A stretch of DNA of 64,000 bases, taken from positions 2,356,001-2,420,000 of the forward strand of contig JAYWIR010000017.1 in assembly GCA_036172245.1 (NCBI GenBank), read 5' to 3'. The translations under genes and the position numbers were made by a program. Shown here one piece after another: positions 1-12,099 of the stretch. The notes beneath the pieces were generated by a model, which had not been told where the DNA came from, searched no databases, and saw only the letters and a list, made by a program, of their open reading frames with translations. The stretch comes from Raillietiella orientalis (lineage: Eukaryota). Every line of letters starts with the position of its first letter. Position 1 is the stretch's first letter.

Positions 1-1549
1 ATTTCGTAGGAGAAGAAGAGCGTCCTCTAAGCTGCTGAACTGCACGATGAAAGGAACGTTGCGCTGGGAGGTGCAGCATCCGATCCGAAGAAGTTCAGTT
101 CCCCCTGCTCACTCAGCAGACTGCGGAGATCGGAAGGCGCGGTACGCGAGGACGCATCCAGATGGCGTCCCTGGCTGCACGTTGGCCACGCATCCGTGCA
201 GGAATTTCTCCAAGAGACAATAAAAATGTTCATGAAGATAAATCTTCCATGAAATGGAAAACCACGAAGGGAAGTTCCAAATCTGTGATTAGATTCTGAG
301 ATTCGGAACGGGAAAACAGAGCGTTTAGTGATCCCTGCTTGACAGATTCACAGGTTTTTACTTTGAGTTACTGTAGCATCGCTTCACGATAACAAGTGCA
401 CAGCTTCACTGGTCAGTTCAGAACTATGACCAAGCTACCATTGAACATGGGGAGAACTGAAGTTTCCAAAAAGTTCATCTCTATGGGTACTTTCGACAAA
501 ACATTCCACAACAGGAACTAGAAAACACTGTACACAACGCTTCATTTTTAGCTTGAAAAAAAAAAAAAAAAAAAAAACAGGAACCCCAAACAGTCCATCA
601 CTTCATAAAAACAAAGCGTGCAGGAAAAATAAAATGCTAGGAAGACTTTAGCTTGTGACACTGGACTTTCTGTTTTCCAAATTTTTTAGATATTTTCAGG
701 GAATGAAGTGTAAGAACTGCTTCTGCTGTATGCCATTCTGCATCAAGGCAACTGCTACTCTTTTCGGTACTGAATCTGCCGCTACTGAACAAAGACGGCT
801 AAGTTACATATCTCACTCAAATCGGTCCATAGTCGGAAGCTGCGTTTTTAAAAATATCACAACAGAACACAAGAATTGAGTCACATTCAAGTCGCAAACT
901 TTACCGCGTGGTCATGAAAGATGACAAGAGGTCCATGACATCAAAATGACATGCTGGCGAGCAAAATAACTATCAAACAACAGGGACGGAACAAACACAT
1001 CGCGTGTTACCATGTGTACGGTTTCAGAGAATGAAATCAAGTTTAATTGTGCTGCGTATGGCCTTATCATTTCGGATTACGCGCATCCTCTGTGTGGATA
1101 GGTAGGGAGAGATGATCTTCCCCCCTTTTGGGGCAGTGGATTTGGCGTTCGATCGGAAATCGTGTACAACACAGAGTTTTGTCATTTTCATAGGAATAGG
1201 AAAAACAGACCAAGGACATATGCCTTAGCACTTTGGAGAGTTGTCGAGTTGAGAAATCCCATCCACAACGCCTTGCTTTCGGAAGAGTATTCAAGATTTC
1301 GAAGCTGCGATTCGAATTCGGTCAGATGTGAGATTCTCCAGATGGTGGCTCACGATGCCAACAACTATGGAATTCTCATTTAAGGAAAACTTCGTAAGGG
1401 TAGTCTGGAGTGGAGTGGAGTCTATCGTGGAGTCGGTCTGTCTATCTATATATCTATCTATTCCATTATATCTACCTCTTCCATTCTCTGCGCATATATA
1501 GGCACATTGCTCATTTTTCATCATCTTTCTATAGTTGGGCGTTGAGGTC

Positions 1550-2750
1550 GCTGATCGGCACGCATCTCGGCAGGAGTCTGACAGCGACATCCAGACTGCA
1601 GAGGGTTCTTGGATGAGCGAAAGCAAGCAGTCCATGTGGAAACCTCGAACTTCTTTCTGCATGCGGTCATGGGATGGATGGAGTAGGTGACTTTGGGTTC
1701 GTTTCAGAGGTAGAAAGCGTAATCCGTCTCCATGGACGGTGTGGGACGGGAGGGTGTCTGGATGGTGTCTGGAGGAGGCTCGCACGCGAAGACCACTTGC
1801 TTGGTTGTCGAAAGGAGAGATCCTTGCTGCCGTCTTGAATGGCGCGAAACGTGCAGAGAGGATCTCTCGCCACCATCCTCGGCGTTTGAAGGAATGCCCG
1901 TGGCGTACTGCCGATTGCGGCTGGCCCACGGGGGCGCCCCTTCTGCAGCCATCGTGCCAGCCCCACGCCCGAAGCCGCTTCAGCCAACCAGCATTCGGGG
2001 CGAAACCTCGGCGCGCCCATTTCTCAGCGTCGCTCCTTCCCCGGGGGAGGATTCGGACGCGCAAGCGCGAATTCCGTAGCCACTCGGCCGCCGACGCGGG
2101 CGCGTGGCTCAGAATGTCTTCAGCTTGCAGTTCGCATGGAGGCAGAATTATATAAGCCGGTCTGAATCTCCCCAACTTCCGGTTGATCCCACATTTTCGA
2201 CGTGATCCTCCGATCGCACCTGACGACATCGTCGGTATCCACGGTGATCATCCCGCATTCTCAGCGGTAGTGGGTAAGGTGGAGCCAAGATGAGCATGCG
2301 GAGCCGTGCAAGTGTGGAAAACGTTCGTTTTGCAATTGCCTCATCCTAGCAGAGCTGCGCACGCGCAGGGAGCGATTTTTGCTTGTCATCCGAGTAATTA
2401 CAGCTGAGCCGGTGGTGGCCACGAGCCGAAGGAAAGCACTTTCGGGAACCGGGAGGGTTCGGTGCCCGAAGCCCGCTGGGAATCAAAGAGGAGAGTCGGC
2501 AGTCCAGGTTCGGAGTTTGAAGGGAACCCAAGCTGTCAGAACAGGGTTCAGGTTCACTTGGCCGTCCATCCCAGATCTCACAAGGCCGCCGGAGATGCCT
2601 CCTCGGAAACCGGGGGCACTCATCGACGGTTTGGGGTTCCACGAACGAGCGACCGCAGCAGAAGCAGCGGCTCATCACATCCGCTCATCGTTCCGGATCG
2701 ATTGAAAATTCGAACTCAAAAACACTTCGCGCCCGCATCCGTTGCCGATG
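1550..2750 (-). mobile_element. Decayed L1-like non-LTR retrotransposon, RT and thumb relic
   Basis: Collinear degenerate motifs on the minus strand across frameshifts: SFVEPQTVDE (xFvxgRxIxD), DLGW...QLGFP (RT domain 3), ITVDTDDVV (YADD-like), GLARWLQKG and LCTFRAIQDG (thumb-like). Boundaries approximate. Confidence 0.5.
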
Positions 2751-4039
2751 ATTTCTGTCATTAATCAGAGCGAATGCTGAGAAGAGCTTCACCTTTAGCA
2801 CCTGTCGGTGCCGACCTTCTCATGTGCCTCAGGTACTCGGTTTCGGGTCTTCTGCTCCTTGTTCTGGACCGCGGGATGCGTGCTATGTTGCTCGCGATGA
2901 TATCCACTGAATACATGTTTTTTTTTCTAATGTATTGTATACGTACTTTACAAACATAATTTGTTACCGTGGAAGCCATGTTTAATATTTTGCTGCTCAT
3001 CCATTTCATCGTGTGATGTGAGTGAAAGTGTGATACGTATGGTGTGCATATACACGCACATTGCGAAATACATGGAAAATTAAGTGTTTTCAAAGTGTGG
3101 GATTATTAAATTGCTTTAATTAAAACACACATATTGCAATATCAGGATTGGAAGTTGCTCATGATGGCACAATATTGCAATGGAGCCTACATCCATATCG
3201 TGGGAATCATTAAATCGTAATGATAATCGTATTACAAAACAAATACATTGTATACAATGCACAAAAGAATAATATTCTGTCATGATTTTGCTTTCATAGA
3301 GCAATGCGCAATGAGCATTTCGCAATGTGGATTACTATGGCGTCACATAATGAATTAAAATATATGGAGGACTTTATAATTAGTAATGCACTGTAGCAAG
3401 GTTTTGTTAGCACGGTGCATTACATCGTAATGATTCGGTTACATAGTAACTGGGTGTAATTTTTACGACGCAGGCAACACAGGCTTTATTTACTGGTAAT
3501 GCAGATTTTACACACCATCCTTGTTTCCAAATGTGATGTTGCTGAATACCTTGAGTGGAACAACATGCCACAGTGCGATTCCCACGTTATTGGAGTTATA
3601 AGTTGGGTGAAAGAACGGGAATCGAGCTGGCACTCTATAATGTAATCATCGTACAGAACTCTTGTTTCTTGTTTCAATGTTAGTACATGTACAGTCTAAG
3701 AAACGCAGTCTGTACTGTGTTTCTTGTACATGGAGAATCGGAATGCGTCATACTATATTCACGCCGACAAGACAGTGTCATGCAATGGCATGGTGATAGC
3801 AAGAAGTCATGTGGGGATGTGGTAAGGATGAGAACGGATGCTGCACTGAATGATTCGGTGGATCCAAGCCATGCATTACCTTGTTCGCTCTCCACTTTCA
3901 GTCAAGCAGCTGGGTCGCCTGACCAAATAGGGAGAGGACTCTGTGACCAGGTTTGACACCTCTACAGGAATGACATCAGGACACACACTGGGGAAGCTAA
4001 TGACAGCCAATGGCAGTCAATGCTGCCACAATGATGCGA

Positions 4040-4217
4040 TCATTTGCGTACGCAAAGATGCACGCGGATCACACGCGGACATGTTGGCCGTTATGTGTAC
4101 GTGCTAGTAAGTTAAACCTTCCCGGATTACACACGTGAACTGCTTTTCACGCACGTGCGTGTGATCCGCACGTTGTCGCGTGTCGCCCGCATGCAAAATT
4201 CACGTTTGCTCCATGGG
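4040..4217. mobile_element. Possible right terminus of a CMC/EnSpm-like DNA transposon
   Basis: Ends ...TTTGCTCCATGGG (CCCATGGAGCAAA on the minus strand), with inverted subterminal motifs GCGGATCACACGC (~4063) and GCGTGTGATCCGC (~4157). An AT-rich block lies upstream. No matching left end was found. Confidence 0.25.
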
Positions 4218-5299
4218 AGACTTCAATGCACGCAGAGTAAGTACGGGGCTGCCGCCACGAAAAGATCTGCTTCCCAAGCAGGTGAGACAAGAGAAAACTA
4301 TTCCTGCTAGCGGGTCATCTGGTGGAGCCAGCCTCCGGGATCGCTTTCGCTGTCTCATTAGCATTTTTTATGTTCTTTAGGAACCCGCCTTTGGCTGAAG
4401 GCACTGCCAGTCTAGCTACTCTCTCTTCTGAGCCCATGCCAGAGTGCTGAGAAGTGCTTCGGTGGTTACCAAGTTTAAGAAGCATTTTTTTTCTTCTGTT
4501 GTGACGCAGTTTTGTTTCTCTTCCCCTCCGCCTGCTACCGGGAAGATCAATCGGTCATGCCTTGCAGAACGACCAGCAAGATTTATCACGAGAGACGAAA
4601 CTCTAACGAATGCATTTCCGTATTTTTTTTTGTTTTTCCCGGATAGTTCAGATGACCAGGAACACAGTTCCATTCTCCCGAAACATGCTGCGGCCCAGGG
4701 ATCTGACATGAGAGGTCAAATCAAGGAAGGCCCGCCACTCACACTCTACATGCCACACCTCTGCTTAAATAACTCGTACGTAAGTGTGTGCTGTATAATA
4801 TGTGATCACATCAGATGATGCATTTGCATACTTGCAGGTGACCCACATCGGGCGGAAAACTCTAAATTTGGCTTACCGATCACGGAGTAGGGGACTGAGT
4901 ATTCTGAGGCCAAGTGAGCATTTTATTCCATTGAGGTCAACCTCACTTTTGAAAAGTGCTTCCCTCCTCGGGATGCAGTTCATCTATCCATCCCGATGAG
5001 GTGCCCCATCTCTAAGGGCACTCAATCTAGGCGTTGTTTTGTCTTGTTTTTCTCTCCGGAGACTTCTCGATAGCCTCTGAGAGGTCTCAGCCGGAATGAA
5101 AAGCGTTCTCTCGGGCGCTTTCCGAGCTCTGCGAACAAGGACCGATGGCAGTTTCCCACAGGCCGAGTGCCTGCTCTTTTCTTTATTCGTTGCCATGGGG
5201 AAAAAAAAAAGAAAAAAAAAATTCCACCTCGTCTGAATGTCCCCGGTCTGGAGATTCAATAGCTGCACGCTCGAGTCATCTTCGAGTCATGGTTCACCA

Positions 5300-5900
5300 G
5301 AGCCTCTGTTCACCATCACACAGAATCGGCAATGTGTCAGCAGACTGACGACGATTTGGACTCATAATTACTGATGCAAACTTTGCAATCACTCCCAATT
5401 TTCGTAGTCGGCAGCTGCTCTTCAGCATTCTCCTGGATGCTTCCATCCGTCTGAAAGTGCTTTGTGCCATCGAAAAATACCAAGGAGAAAGCTTGCTCCG
5501 ATGGCTACCATGGCCGCAGCTGGGAGTCTGCAGCGGTTTCGTTCTCTGAGGGAACGTGAGGGTGTAGAAACGGCGCTGTCCCTATGTTCGTGCCCTCCAC
5601 TCTTGGAAAAAAAAAGCCATTCTGTATGCAACGGCTCTATTGATGATCACTTTGGAACTAGTGATGGCACTCCAGAGAGAATGCGCTCGCCGTCTTTCTG
5701 TTGCAGCTTACTGATGCCATCAGCTCTCGCAAGGCATGGACCAGCTGCTGCTCAGTACAGTCAACCCTTCCGCGTTCTGATATTGTTTATCTCACCTGGT
5801 GAACTCAACTCGTAGTTCAGCGATCGCTTTGGCTGGAGAGGAAAAAGATGGGTTTTAGCTGGAGGTTCCAGAAGTCACCTTCCAGGGCGAAGAAAAGACT
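5300..5900 (+). mobile_element. Decayed L1-like RT fragment
   Basis: ORF 5462-5815 contains SVCNGSIDDHFGTSDGTPERMRSPSFCCSLL, resembling RT domain 4 (VxvNG..F..xxG.RQG..SP.LF). Confidence 0.5.
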
Positions 5901-6271
5901 TCAGCATGTCAAGATTGTTGTTTACCTTTTTCTAAAAGCAATCCTTGTTTGCTTTTAGAGAAAGAAAATCACAACCAAAAATGTTTCGGTGCTTCGGTAA
6001 TTGCCACACCACCCTAGGGTACGTGTGACTTCTCAGGTTTGGGGGTACCCATAAAGTTAGGGGTTTCCCTGAAGCAAAACCTTCTGGATGGCTACAATCC
6101 TCTGAATGTCGATTGATTTATTCGATTTATGTATAACTAAAAACAATGGTCAAGAACAATTCGTAGAAAGCATTCTAAGGAATATTTTCTACGAATCATC
6201 AGGTGCCACCTCCAGACTGCTGGAGTTTTCAATACGGGCATTTCCCCGTCGGTCCACGTTCTGTCCTCACT

Positions 6272-6910
6272 GGCGGCCGTGTGGCTAGAGTGGCCTCCAC
6301 GCGTGGCATCGAGCGTTGCGGGTTCGAATCCCCACGCGGAGGGATGGACCCCGAAAAATGGGTGCGTCATAGGTTTCCAGTCTCCCCCGCAAGATGACGT
6401 TGGTTGGCCTGTAAGCTTAGGGCATCGGTGGAAACCGGATGCCCCTGCTGACCGTCTGGGGTTGGAAGGCCAGGGTTGGGGACCGTCCCTCCGGGGTGCT
6501 TCTAGGAAGCAAAGAGCTATTCGTGGTTCCCCTCGAAGTCGCCTCCTCCCTCCCCCCCTGAAAGAGGGACCCTCCATCGCGTACCACATAGTTGGTGGAT
6601 TGAAACCTCTCCAGAATGCCCGAGAAGCGCGCTGCTCCTTTCGGGGAGCGTCCCTTACAGAAATTGGGAAGCGTCCATTCGGGGTCCTTTTCAGAGGTGG
6701 AGGAGACGGAGCGGTTCCCTTGCGGGTTCCCTCTGGAAAAGAACTTCCAGGAGCAGATCCTTTACGGGTTCTCTTCGGAGGGAACCAGGGTGGAAGGTTT
6801 CCTTCGGGGTTACCTCTTATGACGTAGGAAGAACGGACTCTTTCTCCCGGATCCCTTCCTGAAAGCAGCAAAACAGAAGAATCCAGAAGTATTTCCATCA
6901 TCCCTGCTGC
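6272..6910 (+). mobile_element. tRNA-headed SINE-like element, copy 1
   Basis: Has a tRNA-like head and central ~40-bp GGGTTC(T/C)CTTC..AG subrepeats. Collinear nucleotide similarity to 43764-44620 (+) and 39879-42244 (-), e.g. GCAAGATGACG, GGAAACCGGATGCCC, ATTTCCATCATCCC. Confidence 0.7.
6282..6331 (+). promoter_or_regulatory. Type-2 internal Pol III promoter (A and B boxes) in a tRNA-derived head
   Basis: A box TGGCTAGAGTGG at 6282-6293 and B box GGTTCGAATCC at 6321-6331, both matching the consensus. Confidence 0.7.
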
Positions 6911-8299
6911 AGAATGGGGTTTTCCTATCCGTTTGGATGCCTTCAGTTTCAGCTCTGCTCCGTTCTCGCCATGGAAGGCGCGCAGGAAGTCTTCAGCCCC
7001 TGCAGCGTGGAACCCATGTATCTTCCTTGAGGCTTCCGGACTCTGCATTGGGATTCATATCTTGCGGCGCCCCCCACTTTTGGAAGCTCCCCTCCTCCCC
7101 ATGTGCACTACCGAAAGAGATCCCAAGTGGTTCCACGCCGACGATTCTCGCTCCTGTTTCGTGATCGAGGTGCAACTGAATGCGCTGCAACTTCTCATCT
7201 CGGGCAGCACTCTAAGGAGAGAAACGTTCAGCCTGCAGAAGGAAGGTCCAGCTCACCTTGTCAGGAGAGGAAAACTCTTTTGGGAGACGAATCGTTGCTG
7301 CCACTGCAGCTTTCGTGAAATGCTCCCAGGTTCGGATGCTGTAAGGATCCAGAGAGATAGAATGCCCGTTCTGCATTCATTTCCTTGAAACTTCTTTGCC
7401 TTCAGCAAACTTGGAAAAGGTCGAGGGCAACGAAGGTGGTTCCTCCCAGAACGCGTAAAACGTCCGCTACCCCGTCGCGTCCAGAAGGAAGAAAAGGGAA
7501 AGGAGAACAGTGCGATGTGTCAAAAAAAATGAGCTGGCGATGAAGTTTTTCAGAGTATAAGCACAAGAGATGATACGGACATGAGGCGCACAGTAACCTC
7601 AACATTTCCTTCGATATGAAAACGAATCGCAGGAATTTCTTCGACGCTCAAGATGAGACGCTTTTCAGACTCATTGAGAAGGAGTCACTAAGCTTGGAGC
7701 TGCGTACCGTTTCAAGCCTCTCTTCTTCCTCCCAGGATCTAGAGTACCAGAATTCGGAAGGGGTGGGAACAAGGAAAGATCAGGTCACCGACGGATGCAT
7801 CCTTTTTCCATAGCTCAACAAAGAATCTTCCCTCTATTGGAAACACAGATACCTTTATTCAAGTGACTCATAGTTTGAATCGTCATCTCTTATCGGTCTT
7901 TCGCATTAGACTCTCATGCAGATGCGGATCACCTTTTGTACAAGATCTGCACAGATATCTTACCTGTATTGACGATGTATTTTCGCATACACGTCTATTT
8001 CCGTATGGAATTTAGATGCGGTTGCGTACTTGGATTTTGCATTCGGTACGAATGCACGAAAGGTATATTGTACGTCGAGATAGTTTTTCTGCATGTCATC
8101 TTTTGCATTTTTTGATAGATGCAAGTGACTTGCTGATTTTTGTACTAAGAGCGGAGTCCAGCCGCAATTCACATGCAGAGAAAGAAATGGAAGAAAGACA
8201 TCTGAAAAACACGCGCTCATGACACAATGATAACAAATGATACAATGGTTTTACTAATGCATAGCTGAGATGATGAGTCTCTTTTAGAGAGTTCCGAAA

Positions 8300-8900
8300 C
8301 ATCATTAGGAAATGAGCTCCGGGACCTTTCGAACGGAGGCTGTTCATGATGAATCCAGAGTTGCTTACGCCAAAAAGATTTTCACACAGGAAACCATCTG
8401 TAGGTGACACAAGCTGAAGTGGGGACGTCCAGTGAGAATTTCGGTTGTTTTCCGCTCCAGGGCTTGTTTCCAAGTACAGAGATTCAAGTGAATGGACGGA
8501 AATAATAGGTAGTAGAGTGGCGGCCGCTTGCCTAATCGCAAAAACGAAGGCGCCTTCACCCCGCCGGGCGGGGCGAGGAACCCAAGCAAGTCGGTGGCGT
8601 TTTCTGGACGAAACGGCCGAGAACTTGTTTCTGGGAAGCAAATTTGTTGGGCAGGAGCAGTCGTGCCAGTCGCATGGAAACGACTGCGGATCACCTCCGC
8701 TCGCTAATTTTCAAACCACACAAGAGAGGAATGGAAGGACACGAACCGATCATTTGCGGTCGTGGCAATCGTCGCGACCACGCTGGGACGGAAAGTCGGG
8801 AAAAAGTGTTCATCACCCCCATAATTTTCAGGCTTGCGAAACCGGAAATAATGGATTCAGCTTTAATAAATCCTTTATCATTGTGGTGAATTACGGCCAT
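8300..8900 (-). mobile_element. Decayed L1-like RT end and thumb fragment
   Basis: LKIMGV (KYLG-like) is followed by KFSAVSSRKRHRLAWVPRPARRGEGAFVF (F.W...K.H.vaW...P..eGG.G). Confidence 0.45.
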
Positions 8901-9992
8901 TCACGAAATTGAATGAATGAAATGCCACGCAGGCGGATGCGTCCAGAGAGGGGAAACCCGGCATGTGAAATACCGGGTTTTAATTGCGGTGCGTTGGAAC
9001 CGAAAGATCTTTCCCGAGGACCGGCGGAAGGAAAATTTGGTGCAAGCGGGTGGAAGGGGACGTGGAAAGCAGCAATGGAGAGGGCGATCCGAAAAACGGT
9101 GCGGATCGCAGGGGATGCGTTCATCGAGACTCAGAAGCGCTTAAGCGTCTGCAGATGAAGGAGGCAATACCGAAACCCGTGAAGAGCAGCAGCGGTGGTC
9201 GTAGCGGTGCGAGAGCGGACCTGTCGAGAAGAACAAGCCAGAGTGTGCAGAGAGGGAGATTTTTTACGTATTCAAGTTTTCCAGAAAGTCCACAGATACG
9301 TGGTGCAAGCTGCTCTTTGCAAACAAGAATTCAAGCACCTCTGCGCTTATAATGAAATGATCTCCTTGCGCCACAGGGGCCTCCCACAGAGTTCTGGTTT
9401 TCTGACGAGATGCGAATAGTGCAGGCATTTTTTCCCTTCCCGTCCGCAAGATTTTTTTTTCTCCTTTTCGTGTATGTGGGTGTGCGTGTTTTTCTTGACA
9501 TTTCCCCAACACATCTCAGGCCAGTAGACTTCGCACTTGACAAGTCTCAGCGTAGCTGCACGTTTCCTGGCAAACAGGAAATTCCATTTCTCGCGGATCG
9601 GAATTTCATTGACCGTGTTCGTGTTCCTTCTTCTTCTTTTCATCCCGCCTCCGGTTCTGCTGTGAATCTCCGCAGTCAGCTGAACGCGCGAGCGTGGGAG
9701 TGCTGTTCGGTACAGAGTATCAGCTGATCCATTTAAGTCGCCGCATCGGAAAATCCGAGCTCACCACTCGGAACAGATCTGCGCTCGCGCATCCCAAGGT
9801 CACTTCGGCCTGCTCTCTCTCGTGGTGGTTCCTTCATTCGTTTGAGGCGAACGGAGCACTGCAAACCAGTCCTCTAATTACTCGAGAGCCGAGGAAACCG
9901 TCGGAGAGCGCGGTCTGCCACTTCGGGGGGTTCACTCGGTTTTTTTTTTTTTTTTTTCGAAATGTGAAATGAGGAAGAACGCAGGACGCAGG

Positions 9993-10016
9993 ACGCACGC
10001 GCGCGCGCGCGTGCGT
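9993..10016. repeat. 24-bp perfect palindrome, alternating purine-pyrimidine (CG)n tract
   Basis: ACGCACGCGCGCGCGCGCGTGCGT is its own reverse complement. Low complexity. Confidence 0.9.
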
Positions 10017-10143
10017 GCGACGCGGGAGCGCCATAGCGTGCACTTCAACGCACAAGAGAGCTGCGTGCGCTGGTACGGTTGCCATACGTGAAACCGGCAA
10101 TTGCATCATTAGCCACCAAACCTCGAAGGGGGGAGGGGGCTGG

Positions 10144-10187
10144 GAAAGGTTTGGTTCGACCTCAAAGGGGGTCGAACCAAACCTTTC
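10144..10187. repeat. Perfect inverted repeat (18-bp stem, 8-nt loop)
   Basis: GAAAGGTTTGGTTCGACC-tcaaaggg-GGTCGAACCAAACCTTTC. Confidence 0.95.
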
Positions 10188-11768
10188 TGTTTCGCCGATT
10201 CCCTTCCCGACCGATTCAACCTGTTCCACGCCTCTTTGCCTGATGCCATCGGCCAGCGGTGCACCAGATGCTGCGATTGAGTTGTCGAATATTTAAATGC
10301 AGCGCCAATCCGGTGCCCACAATGGAATTCCGAGCGGCACACGTCCCTGATTCCAGGAGAGACCACTTATTGAAATGAGGTGCATTAGCTGTCGGTATGC
10401 ATCATTGCGCAGAACTAGAAAGTATAAACAGCTCTAAGTAGAAGATGGATGAAGAGTATTTGGTGGTACTTTCTTACCCATCAATTAATATACAGTTTCT
10501 ATTTATATCACCGAAACGTTGACAAATTAAGGTACACAATGATGAATTACTGATCAGATAAGAATGGGCAAGAATACTCTGCTTGACAAAGCATCTCCAT
10601 CTTTGTCCACTGACGGAAACGCTTCAACAATCCTTCTCTATCATAATAATGACCTAAACAAAAACAGAAACTGTTCCATCCTCTCCCTCTTTCTCTCTCT
10701 CCCTCTCCCTTTTCTTTTTTTTTTTTTACATCATCAGGTGTCGCCACAGATGCTCACTTGTTCCCTACGGAGAATCTATCAATTATATCAGTGTTTCCAG
10801 CTTGACAGCATTGACCTGAACTTTATCATGGCAACTCAACAGTAAGAAATCGTACTGTCAGTAAAAGGAGGGGCAGCGGATATCAAAAGTAGGGTGGAGA
10901 ATAATGCTTTTTCCAGAATTTTAATGAAGACTTGTATTGCCATGAAGACAATCAAAATCTTGGCTTGACTCCCCAGAATTTGGGCGTATGCTGTCAGGAG
11001 AAAGAAGTCTCCAGCATTCAGAAGAATAAATATAGCTTTGTTGGTTACTTCCACTCGGCATTATTGCGGAACTTTGTTCCCGTGCACCCATAAATCATTC
11101 CCATTTTCAGGTTTATTTCTGTCTCTTGGGTAAATCCTCTGCTGATAGGTGTAGATGCTTCCTTCAATTACAAAAATGTTTAATTCGAGGCCCTTCTTGT
11201 TGTCATGTATCACATAGGCGGAGCCCCTAAACAGAAAGCTTCAAGCAAATCAGTACCCCCGATCGTTCTCTCCGAGCGTGTGCATTCCACTTGAGGGAGA
11301 GGCCTTCCAGGCTGCCCGGCTCACCACGAAGAAGAGCACTTTCCGAGGTTCAAGGGAGCAGTTGCGCGCGCCACCGATGTGGAAGCTGCAGGCGCCGGCT
11401 GCTAGACAACGTGCCGATGAGAGTGCAGATCGTCGCCCGTCCGGCGTTTTCTCGGGATCTTTCAGATGAGCGGAAGAGCAGCAGAGATCTCGAAGAATGA
11501 AATAAGATGAAAAAAAAAAAAAAAAAAGCAAGAAGTTTCAGCGCGATTTGTTCATTCGGTTGCCGCAGGACGCCATGCTGGTGACCGAACGCGTGAGAGG
11601 AGAGCTGGACGCAGGCGCAGAGCGAATTCAGAACCGTCCGTCCTTGTCCCTCGCGCGATTCGAAGCAGAGATGTGGTTCGTTCCTTTCTCCCCTTAGCAG
11701 GAGTCCAGGAAGAGAATGCAATCCGGACGACAAGTCGTTCGGATCTGGCCTCGGAAGCTGCCATCAAA

Positions 11769-11788
11769 AGAGAGAGAGAGAGAGAGAG
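11769..11788. repeat. (AG)n microsatellite
   Basis: Read directly from the sequence. Confidence 0.9.
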
Positions 11789-12099
11789 GCAGGATGTTTC
11801 CCCCATAATCCTCCACCTTTGAATCCGAAAGAAGAGAGCCTCTTCTTGTAAGAAGGTTTTTATGCGACTCAAAAAAACACAAACACACACGCGCCTCCCC
11901 GGTCGAAAAGTCTTTGAGGGCGGTGGCGCCGGCAGCTGCGACCATGCCATCGCGCTGGAGACGAACAGATATGGGCGCTTGCGCGCATCACCTCAAGCTG
12001 CCTGCGATAATTCGAATTTAGGTGGGTTTCTCCAATATACATTTCCAATCGAGTAACGCAGTTTCCTTGTTCCGTAAGTGAATCCATTAGTGAGCTCGC

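Noticed and set aside
556..577. Poly(A)/poly(T) runs as retroposon tails or terminators
   Set aside because: Such homopolymers are scattered throughout the window, often inside TE relics, consistent with slippage.
1291..2229. 312-aa minus-strand ORF as a gene
   Set aside because: No coherent domain. It overlaps a frameshifted LINE relic and a simple repeat, and the RT-like motifs are spread over different frames.
6275..6340. Functional tRNA gene
   Set aside because: A-to-B box spacing is short, there is no clean anticodon arm or complete acceptor stem, and it continues into a dispersed repeat.
6137..7048. 303-aa ORF with PKRTRKG repeats
   Set aside because: It is antisense to the tRNA-headed element, the peptide repeats mirror DNA subrepeats, and the full ORF is not preserved in the other copies.
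9195..9419. BED zinc finger
   Set aside because: Cys/His spacing is incomplete.
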